A DNA stretch of 64,000 bases from Leptonemataceae bacterium. Lineage in GTDB: Bacteria > Spirochaetota > Leptospiria > Leptospirales > Leptonemataceae. Location of the stretch: positions 192,001-256,000 of the forward strand of contig OZ245742.1 in the NCBI GenBank assembly GCA_965227295.1, given 5' to 3'. Below, piece after piece: positions 47,390 to 55,548 of the stretch (positions are counted from its first letter, which is position 1; each line of letters starts with the position of its first letter). A program made the translations under genes and the position numbers. Below the pieces are notes generated by a model. That model searched no databases and was not told the DNA's origin. It saw only the letters and a program-made list of their open reading frames with translations.

Positions 47390-49099
47390 ATGGCAGAAAC
47401 GCAAGATACAGTTCCCGACATTGAACAGGACCCCACGCAGCACGTCGCGGAGATCCAGACGCGCATCACCGATCACTTCGATCGCGCGCGCTCGTACACC
47501 CCCGGCGACGGTGAGGAAGATCCGGAGGTCGTGTACATCGACGAGACGTCGGCGAAGCGCGTCGTCTGGTCCGGTGAGGATTTGATCGAACTCGATCTCC
47601 CCGTGGGTACGCGCGTTGTGTACTCCAAAGAACCCATGCGCGGGTTGCGCGACGTGCGCGGCGCCATTCGTTACGCGCTCAAACATCCGGAAAAGATGCA
47701 ACCGCTCCCGCAGTTGCTCAAGGCCGGCATGAAAGTTACGATCTGCGTGGACGACATTTCGCTGCCGCTGCCCATGATGGCGAAACCCGATCTGCGGCAA
47801 CTCATGCTCGAAGAAGTACTGAGCATGCTCGCCGACGCCGGGGTGGACGACTTTCACATCATCGTGGCCACGGCCTTTCATCGTCGCATGACGCCCGGCG
47901 AAATCCGCCGCATGGTGGGCAACGACATCTACGAGAAGTACCACCCGCAGCGGCTCTACAATCACGACGCCGAAAAACCCGGCGGCATGAAATGGATGGG
48001 ACATACCGAATCCGGCGAAGCGGTGATGATCAACCGTCGCGCGGCGGAGAGCGATCTCATCGTCTACGTAAACATCAACTACGTTCCCATGAACGGCGGA
48101 CACAAGTCCGTGGGCACCGGCCTGGCCGGTTATCATACGCTGCGCGAGCACCACGACCCCGAGGTCATCGCGGCGTCGAATTCGTATATGGATCCCGGCA
48201 AGTCGGCCCTGGCCGACGCGAACCGGCGCATCGGTAACTTACTCGAAGACAAACTTAAGATCTTCCACATCGAGTCGGCGCTGAACAACCGCACCTTCGC
48301 GCCGCCGCTGGAATTTCTGTCCCGCAACGAGGACAGCTATTCCTTGCTGGACCGGCAAATCCTGCGCGCCACCCAGGCCACGTTGAAACGTCTGCCGCCG
48401 CCCGCGAAACGCCGCATTTTCCGCCAGGTGCCGGCCCCCTACGAGTGCATCGCCGTGCACGCCGGCGAGGTCGACCGCGTGCACGATAAGATTCTGCGCA
48501 TCTCCCGCAAACAGTACACCATCAACGTCAAGGGCCAGGCGGACATTCTGCTGCTCGGCATTCCGTTTACGTCGCCGTACAGCGTAAACAGCATTCTGAA
48601 CCCGCTGCTCGTCCAGGTGATGGCCCTCGGTTATCTGTATCATCTCTACGAAGGCGGCGTTCCCCTCCTGCGCGACGGCGGCAGTTTGATCTTGTTTCAC
48701 CCGTGCCGCGACGAGTTCGATCCGCGCTTTCATCCGAGCTACATCGAGTTCTTTAATCGGCTGCTGCCCGAGAGCACGGACTCCCGCTACTTACAAAAGA
48801 AGTACGAGGTGGAGTTCGCGAAGAACCCGGAGTACATCGAGTTGTACCGTCACGGCTACGGCTATCACGGCGTACATCCGTTTTACATGTGGTACTGGGG
48901 CGAGAGCGGTCGGCGAAAGGTCGGCCAGGTGATTGCCGTGGGCGCCGAGCACCCGCACGTCCCGGAACGCATGGGCTGGGAGAACGCCGCGTCCTTCGAA
49001 GAGGCGTTAGCGATGGCGAAGTCCGCAGAGGGCATGCCGGCAAAGCCGCAAATCACGCTGCTGAAACAGCCGCCCATCGCGATTACGAAGTTGATATAA
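47390..49099 (+). CDS. Lactate racemase (LarA)-fold protein
   Basis: VTICVDDISLP, IVATAFHRRMT, YNHDA, INRRAAESDL, GGHKS resemble the LarA N-terminal (DUF2088) domain. Confidence 0.78.
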   Translation: MAETQDTVPDIEQDPTQHVAEIQTRITDHFDRARSYTPGDGEEDPEVVYIDETSAKRVVWSGEDLIELDLPVGTRVVYSKEPMRGLRDVRGAIRYALKHPEKMQPLPQLLKAGMKVTICVDDISLPLPMMAKPDLRQLMLEEVLSMLADAGVDDFHIIVATAFHRRMTPGEIRRMVGNDIYEKYHPQRLYNHDAEKPGGMKWMGHTESGEAVMINRRAAESDLIVYVNINYVPMNGGHKSVGTGLAGYHTLREHHDPEVIAASNSYMDPGKSALADANRRIGNLLEDKLKIFHIESALNNRTFAPPLEFLSRNEDSYSLLDRQILRATQATLKRLPPPAKRRIFRQVPAPYECIAVHAGEVDRVHDKILRISRKQYTINVKGQADILLLGIPFTSPYSVNSILNPLLVQVMALGYLYHLYEGGVPLLRDGGSLILFHPCRDEFDPRFHPSYIEFFNRLLPESTDSRYLQKKYEVEFAKNPEYIELYRHGYGYHGVHPFYMWYWGESGRRKVGQVIAVGAEHPHVPERMGWENAASFEEALAMAKSAEGMPAKPQITLLKQPPIAITKLI

Positions 49100-49112
49100 C
49101 GAAGAAATTTTC

Positions 49113-49242
49113 ACTCCGAGGACCGAGGATACGAGGGAAAAGAAAGAAGAAGAGTAAAAGCAAAAACGAAGACATTCATAGCCGAAAACGACTAACACAC
49201 ACTGTCCCTCGCAAAAAACCTCGGTCTCTCGGTCCTCGGAGT
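49113..49242. repeat. Intergenic inverted-repeat element (ACTCCGAGGACCGAG family), copy 4
   Basis: actccgaggaccgaggatacgagg faces cctcggtctctcggtcctcggagt. Confidence 0.8.
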
Positions 49243-49267
49243 TCATCTTCCTCTCCAGAGCAATACT

Positions 49268-52261
49268 ATGGCGAAATCAAAGAAAACCTCATCAAAATCC
49301 AGAACGAAGTCCGTCGAAGACATGTCGGTCGAAGAACTGCGGGCCGCCCTCGCCGAACGCGAGCAGGCGTCCCGCGGCAACGGCACTGCAGCAACGTCCG
49401 TTAGCCGTTCTTCACAAAGTTCTACGCAGGAACTCTTTAGCGTAATCCACACGCTCCACGGCAAAAAGATCTTCATGATCGGCGGCACCGGCTTTCTCGG
49501 CCGGGTGATGCTTTACATGTTCCTGAAATACGTGCCGGGCATTGAGCGCATCTATCTGTTGATTCGCCCCACCCACGGCCGCACCGGCGATGATCGCCTT
49601 ATGCGGGAAATTCTGGAATCGCCGGTGTTCACCGAGGCCGGTGCCGGCAGCGACGAGGAGGCCCGCTTTTTTCGCGAGCAGGCCCGGGCAAAGATCACCG
49701 TCGTCGAAGGCGACGCCTCCCGCCCCGGCCTGGGGCTGAGTGAGGAAGACGCGGCAATGGTTTGTCGCGAAGCGGACGCCGTTTTTAATACCGCGGGCAA
49801 CGTGGAGTTTAACCCGCCGCTGGATCTTTCGCTGAACGCAAACGCCATTGCCACGAAAGAAGTCCTGGACTTCACCGAAACCACGCAGTGCAAGAAGTAC
49901 CTCCACGTGTCCACGTGTTACGTCGCCGACCGCGCGCTGCATCCGGACTTCGCCCCGGAAGAAATCGTGCTGGATCGCGTCGTCGGATCGTCGGGTAACG
50001 AGGTGCGCATAGATGTCGAACAAGAACTCCAGGATGCCCGCGACGTTGTGGCTCGTACGAAGCAACGCTACGACGATCCGGACAGCCTGAACGAGTACCG
50101 CGACAACGCCCGCCGGGAACTGCGGCGCATGGGTCGCGAGGACGTTTCCGATCGTCTCATCGAAAAGACCGCGAAGAATTTACGCACGCTGGCCATGCGC
50201 GAAGAACTGGTGCGCATCGGTCGCGAGCGCGCCGAACGTTTGAATCGTCCGAACGTGTACACGTATACGAAGACCCTGGCCGAACTGCTCGTGAAGTCCC
50301 GGGAGGATAAGATCGAGTACACCATCGTACGGCCGTCTATCGTGGAGACGTCGCTCAAACATCCGTTTCCCGGCTGGAACGAGGGCATCCAGGGCTCGGC
50401 ACCGTTGATCTACATGGTATATCGCGGCCACCGCATGCTGCCGTCGTTCTCGGACGAGCCGGGCGAGCGCCGGGAGGCGACGCTGGACATCATCCCCGTA
50501 GACCTGGTCGCCGCCGGTTCCACCCTGGCGTTGTGCGCCCTGCTCCGCGGCGAGCAGAAAGACGTCTACCAGCTCGCCGCCGGTCCCATCGACACGCCGA
50601 TCACCCCGAACGTTCTACTAAATATAGTTCAACATAACTTAAGAAACCGCTCGAACGAGTCCGAAATTTTCGCCGGCCTGGGCGGATGGCTGCGACGTAA
50701 CCTCCAGGCGTACCCGGTTACGAAGAAGACGTTCCGGCGCTTCAGCTCTCCGCGAACGTTACAGGTCCTCACGAACTTCCGCGATCGCCTGGAACGTTTT
50801 CGCAGCAAACGTAACCTGCCCGGCCCGGGCTCGGACATTCTTCAGAAAGTGCAAACCACGGTGGAACGTTTCTACCAGCTCTCGTACATGAAGAACCGCA
50901 TCTTCTCGGAGTTTCTGCCGTTCATGAATCACGGCTATCCGGTCTTCCAGAACCGCAACGGCATTGATCTCTACAAGCGCTTGCCGGAGAACGAACGCGA
51001 CCTGTTCTACTTCGATCCGCCGGACATCGACTTCATCGATTACATGGAAGGGCTGCACATGGAAGCGGTCTTCCAGTGGGTGTTTCCGGTATTGGATAAA
51101 CGTTTCAAGGCCATCACGAGCATCGGCAAAGACGCCGGGAAAAACAAGGACGACGGGGACGCCCGCACGTTGCTGGACGCCATGCGGGCCGCACTAACTG
51201 CTGACGATCTGGAATTTACGGATCGCCTGCACCTGCTCCGGCGCACCATGCGGGATCGGCGTCGCGCCCGGGGCGAGTCCGCGAAAAAGAGCGACGCCGG
51301 CATCGAAAACACACCGGCGGAAAAGGATCCCGGCAGCGCCGTAAGCTGGCTCGAAAGTCACCTGCAAAAACTGGCGGGGCGAACCGACATCATCAAAAAT
51401 CTAAAAGACGAGTCCGATGATTACCTGGAACGCGTGAGCAAACACCTCGAGTTTTTGACCGGCACCAACGTAACGCCGGCTACGCTGAAGGACCTCGGCT
51501 CGGTGTCGAAGATCGCCCGCCACCTGGATCGTTATCGTGAAGACCAGGGCCGCACGGGCGGCGGTCGCTTTGAACTTCCGAAAGACGGCGTGGACGTGCC
51601 GCGCTGGCTTGCCGATCCCACGAGCGATTTTCTCTACGGCCTCCAAATGTGGTTTTACCGTAACGTAATGCAGGTGAAGATTACGGGGCAGGACAACGTA
51701 CCGCTCAACAATCACAACGTCATCGTCGTCGCGAATCACGCCTCGCACCTGGACTACGGCCTTGTGTGGTTCAGCCTGGGCGAGTACGCCCGGGACATGG
51801 GCATCCTGGCCGCCCGCGATTACTTCTTCGATCGTTTCTGGAAGTCCACGTTCTTCGGCAACTTTCTGAACCTGGTGCCCATCGAACGTTCGGACAATGC
51901 CAGTTATTCCCGCGCACTCAAACACGCGGTGAAGTATCTGGAAAAGGGCGGGCCGCTGTTGATTTTTCCGGAGGGCACACGCTCGAAGGACGGCCGCATG
52001 AAACCGTTCCGCCACGGCCTCGGCTGGCTGGTCCAACACACCGGCGCCGACGTCCTGCCCCTGCGTCTATACAACACGCACGTCGCGCTGCCCAAGGGCA
52101 AAACCGTCGTCCGCTCGACGGACCTCCGCGTACACATCGGCAAGCTGGTCTCCTACGATACCCTCGCCGAGGAAACGCAGGCGTATTCGCCGACGAAGAC
52201 GTACGCGCACATCGCGAAACGCCTGGAAGAAGCGGTCCGGGACATTCACGATCACGATTGA
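49268..52261 (+). CDS. Fatty acyl-CoA reductase (male-sterility/NAD_binding_4) fused to a PlsC-type acyltransferase; ElbD-like without adenylation domain
   Basis: GGTGFLG, HVSTCYV, NVYTYTKTLAE, IVRPSIVE....PFPGWNEG, DIIPVDLV; C-terminal ANHASHLD and IFPEGTRS. Confidence 0.88.
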   Translation: MAKSKKTSSKSRTKSVEDMSVEELRAALAEREQASRGNGTAATSVSRSSQSSTQELFSVIHTLHGKKIFMIGGTGFLGRVMLYMFLKYVPGIERIYLLIRPTHGRTGDDRLMREILESPVFTEAGAGSDEEARFFREQARAKITVVEGDASRPGLGLSEEDAAMVCREADAVFNTAGNVEFNPPLDLSLNANAIATKEVLDFTETTQCKKYLHVSTCYVADRALHPDFAPEEIVLDRVVGSSGNEVRIDVEQELQDARDVVARTKQRYDDPDSLNEYRDNARRELRRMGREDVSDRLIEKTAKNLRTLAMREELVRIGRERAERLNRPNVYTYTKTLAELLVKSREDKIEYTIVRPSIVETSLKHPFPGWNEGIQGSAPLIYMVYRGHRMLPSFSDEPGERREATLDIIPVDLVAAGSTLALCALLRGEQKDVYQLAAGPIDTPITPNVLLNIVQHNLRNRSNESEIFAGLGGWLRRNLQAYPVTKKTFRRFSSPRTLQVLTNFRDRLERFRSKRNLPGPGSDILQKVQTTVERFYQLSYMKNRIFSEFLPFMNHGYPVFQNRNGIDLYKRLPENERDLFYFDPPDIDFIDYMEGLHMEAVFQWVFPVLDKRFKAITSIGKDAGKNKDDGDARTLLDAMRAALTADDLEFTDRLHLLRRTMRDRRRARGESAKKSDAGIENTPAEKDPGSAVSWLESHLQKLAGRTDIIKNLKDESDDYLERVSKHLEFLTGTNVTPATLKDLGSVSKIARHLDRYREDQGRTGGGRFELPKDGVDVPRWLADPTSDFLYGLQMWFYRNVMQVKITGQDNVPLNNHNVIVVANHASHLDYGLVWFSLGEYARDMGILAARDYFFDRFWKSTFFGNFLNLVPIERSDNASYSRALKHAVKYLEKGGPLLIFPEGTRSKDGRMKPFRHGLGWLVQHTGADVLPLRLYNTHVALPKGKTVVRSTDLRVHIGKLVSYDTLAEETQAYSPTKTYAHIAKRLEEAVRDIHDHD

Positions 52262-52296
52262 CCGCGAGCGCGGTCCTGCTATGAAAGGTTCGCATC

Positions 52297-52677
52297 ATGA
52301 GCATCAAAGCCCTGATTGCCGACGATGATCCCGATGCGATCGCCCTGCTCGGCACGCATCTTCAAAAGTTCGGCATCGACGTACACGCCACCGAGAACCC
52401 GCGCGAGGCGGTGGATTTTTACAAGAGCCTGGGGCCGGACGTGGTGTTCATGGATATCGGCATGCCGTTCCCGGGCGGCTTCATTGCCGTCGAAAACATC
52501 CGTCACGCCGCGCGCACGTTGAAACGCAAGGTCGTGATCATCATGTATACGGCGTCCAGCAAACCCGAGGACGTCAAGAAGGCACAGACCTTCGGCGCCG
52601 ACGACTATTTGCTCAAGCCCGTCACGGCGGACATGATCCGTGAAAAGCTGAGGCGTTTTTTCCCGAAGCTCGCTTAA
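52297..52677 (+). CDS. Single-domain response regulator
   Basis: LIADDD, VFMDIGMP, MYTA, GADDYLLKP. Confidence 0.9.
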   Translation: MSIKALIADDDPDAIALLGTHLQKFGIDVHATENPREAVDFYKSLGPDVVFMDIGMPFPGGFIAVENIRHAARTLKRKVVIIMYTASSKPEDVKKAQTFGADDYLLKPVTADMIREKLRRFFPKLA

Positions 52678-53804
52678 GGCACTCGCATGCGTTCCTGGAT
52701 GGCCGGGCGCACCGTTTCCACAATCTCGTAGGCCTTCGGCGAGCCCCGCAAGCCCAGGTACGCACCGAAGACTGCATAGTAACCGTACTCGTGGTCGATC
52801 CAGGGATAATAACCGAACAGACCCGGACTGGAGTTCCGCACAACCCTGCCGTTCTCACGCTCCACCCAGTTGCCCAGGGCGTAGTGATACGCGTCCCGAC
52901 CCAGGCGGTCCGCCGGTGAATAGCCGATCGTATCGCCGCCTTCGACGTGGTCCCGCAACATCTCCCGCACAAGCCGCGCGCTCAAATAACGACGCCCGTC
53001 CCGGGCACGGCCCTCGTTGGCGACGGCATGCAGGAACTGCGCGTAATCGTGCATGGAAATGGAAAGGCCGCCGGCGATGCGTGCGTTCGTCGAGCTCTTA
53101 ACTCTGCTCGGCCATACCTTAGTGTAATAGACGCTCTCCGCTTCCACCGCAAAGAAATCGCGGAACTCCGTGTCGTACAGCTCGTGCCAGGATTTCCCGG
53201 AGGCCCGCTCCGCCATGCGGCCGCCCACGGTCATGTGCGTGCCGCCGTAATCGAAGACCGTCCCCACCGGATGGTCCAGGCCTTGCGCCTGGTATTGCGC
53301 GTAGATCTCCTGCACGCACTGACCGAGGCTCAGGTCCGTGTTGCCCTGACAGTCGGCGTCCCGAAAGAGGCCGGTCTGGAAGGACAGGGTATGGCGCAGG
53401 GTGATGTTTCCCGCCGGCCCGGCCCAGGCCTTTCCACTAATATCGTCTTTCAGAAACTTAGATGCCTTCGCATCGAGGCTGATCACACCGCGGTCCACCA
53501 AACGCAGCATCACCGCCGCCGAAATCCACTTGGACGCCGAGGCCACGGGAATGGCGTGGTTTTCGCTCAGATTACCCGGGAAATCGGCGAAGAGCAACGT
53601 GCCGTCGCTCCGAAAGACGAGCAGGCCGACGTCCTCAGAGTGTCTCTGCGCCGCCTCGCGAAAGATCGGCCGCAGGCTTTCCCAGCGCGCGTCGAAAGCC
53701 CGGCCTTCGCCGTACTCCGACGATACGGGCGGATAGTCCGGCGCGGTACTGCACGCCATGAAAGCCGCAACGAACAGCAATGAAAAACGATGGCAGGGAA
53801 TCAT
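52674..53804 (-). CDS. Serine hydrolase, beta-lactamase class C-like, probable lipoprotein
   Basis: SASK (SxxK), ITLRHTLS..TG, FDYGG, SSPGLFGYYPWID; FMAC lipobox. Confidence 0.85.
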   Translation of the reverse strand: MIPCHRFSLLFVAAFMACSTAPDYPPVSSEYGEGRAFDARWESLRPIFREAAQRHSEDVGLLVFRSDGTLLFADFPGNLSENHAIPVASASKWISAAVMLRLVDRGVISLDAKASKFLKDDISGKAWAGPAGNITLRHTLSFQTGLFRDADCQGNTDLSLGQCVQEIYAQYQAQGLDHPVGTVFDYGGTHMTVGGRMAERASGKSWHELYDTEFRDFFAVEAESVYYTKVWPSRVKSSTNARIAGGLSISMHDYAQFLHAVANEGRARDGRRYLSARLVREMLRDHVEGGDTIGYSPADRLGRDAYHYALGNWVERENGRVVRNSSPGLFGYYPWIDHEYGYYAVFGAYLGLRGSPKAYEIVETVRPAIQERMRVP

Positions 53805-53827
53805 GTGCAGGAAATATCATCGTCCCG

Positions 53828-54316
53828 ATGAGACGGCAATCACTAATGCTCGCAATTTTGCTTGCCCTGCTATGCGGCTCCGGCTGCCATCCCACCGTGG
53901 AAGCGCAGCCGAAGGACGAATCCTGCCTGGAGCGCTGGAATGTCGAAGGGCATTCCGACAACAAAGAAAACATCGCGCAAAACGAACTCTTCGCGGAGCT
54001 GAATCGCGGCTCGGCGCTTCGAAACGCTCCCACGCAAAATCTCGGGCGGCTGAGCGCCCTGGGGCTGAAACACTTCGCGGAAACGCCGCGCACGCTCGTC
54101 GCTTATCTCATCGAGGCGCAGATCATCGAAACGTTTGCGCACATCGAATCGAAGCTGTGCCTCTTTGAAGAAAGCCGCGACGGTGACGTTTACACGGCCC
54201 GCGTCCGCGGAACGCACATCTACTTTACGAATCAACGCAACGAGGACCCGCTGGCCTTCGCGGTTCGCGTGAACCTGAAAGACGGCGGCATCCTCTTAGA
54301 ACACGAGGACGGCTAA
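53828..54316 (+). CDS. Hypothetical lipoprotein
   Basis: MRRQSLMLAILLALLCGSGC signal; fills the gap between opposite-strand genes. Confidence 0.65.
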   Translation: MRRQSLMLAILLALLCGSGCHPTVEAQPKDESCLERWNVEGHSDNKENIAQNELFAELNRGSALRNAPTQNLGRLSALGLKHFAETPRTLVAYLIEAQIIETFAHIESKLCLFEESRDGDVYTARVRGTHIYFTNQRNEDPLAFAVRVNLKDGGILLEHEDG

Positions 54317-55404
54317 GCCCGGTCGACACCGCCGAGACGATCCTGGCTTTGCCGCTGCATCATCCAGCCCGGGTACTCCATCGGCAGGGCGGAGACCTCG
54401 TCGAGTTGCTTGAGTTCTTCTTCGGTTAACGTAATCTCAGTCGATGCTAAGTTGTCTTCGAGTTGTTCCACGGTCTTCGCGCCGATGATAACGCTGGTGA
54501 CCCAGGGCTGATGCAGCAGCCAGGCCAACGCGATGCGCGCCACCGAACAGCCGCGGCTCTCCGCCATGGGGCGCATGACATCGACGCAGTCAAAGGCACG
54601 GTCTTTGTCCACCGGCGGGAAGTCGAAGTTCGCACGCCGCGCCCCATCGGGGCCGGAGCCTTCCCGGGAAAACTTGCCGGAGACCAGGCCGCCGGCCAGG
54701 GGCGACCACGGTAGAATGGCAAGGTCCTGATCCCGCGCGAGAGGCACCACTTCGCGTTCCAGGTCCCGGCCGGCAATGCTGTAGTACATCTGCAACGAAG
54801 CGTAGCGCGCGAAACCGAGGGCATCCGAAATCGAGAGGGCCTTCATAATCTGCCAGGCCGCAAGATTGCAGAGGCCGATGTAACGTACCTTACCGGACTT
54901 CACGATGTCGTTCAATGCTTCCAGGGTTTCTTCGAAGGGCGTCAGTGGATCGAAGCCGTGGATTTGGTACAGATCGATGTACTCCAGTTGCAGGCGCCGC
55001 AGGCTGTCGTCCACGGCATGCATGAGGTGCTTGCGTGAAAGTCCGTTGATGTTCGGCACGGATTCGCGACGATCGGCAGCGGCCTGCTCCGCGGCGGAAG
55101 GATTCGGCCCCGGACGATCCGACAGCCGACCGTGAGCCTTCGTGGCGATGACGATTTCATCCCGGCGCAACCCCAGGTTCTTAATGGAGGCACCGAGGAT
55201 CTCCTCGGACCATCCGGAAGAGTATACATCCGCGGTATCGATAAAATTTACGCCGCCGTCAATGCAACGTTGAATCAAAGCGTCGGCTTCCGCCTGGCTT
55301 TGTTTGCCGATGCCCTTCCAGAAGCCGGTGCCGCCAAAAGTCATTGTGCCGAAACAAATTTCCGAAACCACCAGGCCGGTGCGTCCGAGGGTCGTGTATT
55401 TCAT
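54313..55404 (-). CDS. Aldo/keto reductase
   Basis: LGRTGLVVSEICFGTMTFG, IDTADVYS, IATK, IDLYQIH, WSPLAGG. Confidence 0.93.
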   Translation of the reverse strand: MKYTTLGRTGLVVSEICFGTMTFGGTGFWKGIGKQSQAEADALIQRCIDGGVNFIDTADVYSSGWSEEILGASIKNLGLRRDEIVIATKAHGRLSDRPGPNPSAAEQAAADRRESVPNINGLSRKHLMHAVDDSLRRLQLEYIDLYQIHGFDPLTPFEETLEALNDIVKSGKVRYIGLCNLAAWQIMKALSISDALGFARYASLQMYYSIAGRDLEREVVPLARDQDLAILPWSPLAGGLVSGKFSREGSGPDGARRANFDFPPVDKDRAFDCVDVMRPMAESRGCSVARIALAWLLHQPWVTSVIIGAKTVEQLEDNLASTEITLTEEELKQLDEVSALPMEYPGWMMQRQSQDRLGGVDRA

Positions 55405-55446
55405 AGAAACAGTTGACGGAAGTCTTCCCGGAGCTTCAATCAATTT

Positions 55447-55542
55447 ATGAAAACCCGCATCTTCTTCCTCTCAATTTTGGCGACGCTGCTCCTGTTCTGT
55501 GTTTCGTGCGGCTCGCCTGCCCGCAGTAACGCTTGCGGATGA
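55447..55542 (+). CDS. 31-aa ORF: lipoprotein signal peptide with a very short tail (mini-lipoprotein or gene remnant)
   Basis: MKTRIFFLSILATLLLFCVSCGSPARSNACG-stop, translated by hand; below the ORF track cutoff. Confidence 0.5.
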   Translation: MKTRIFFLSILATLLLFCVSCGSPARSNACG

Positions 55543-55548
55543 TCTTCC

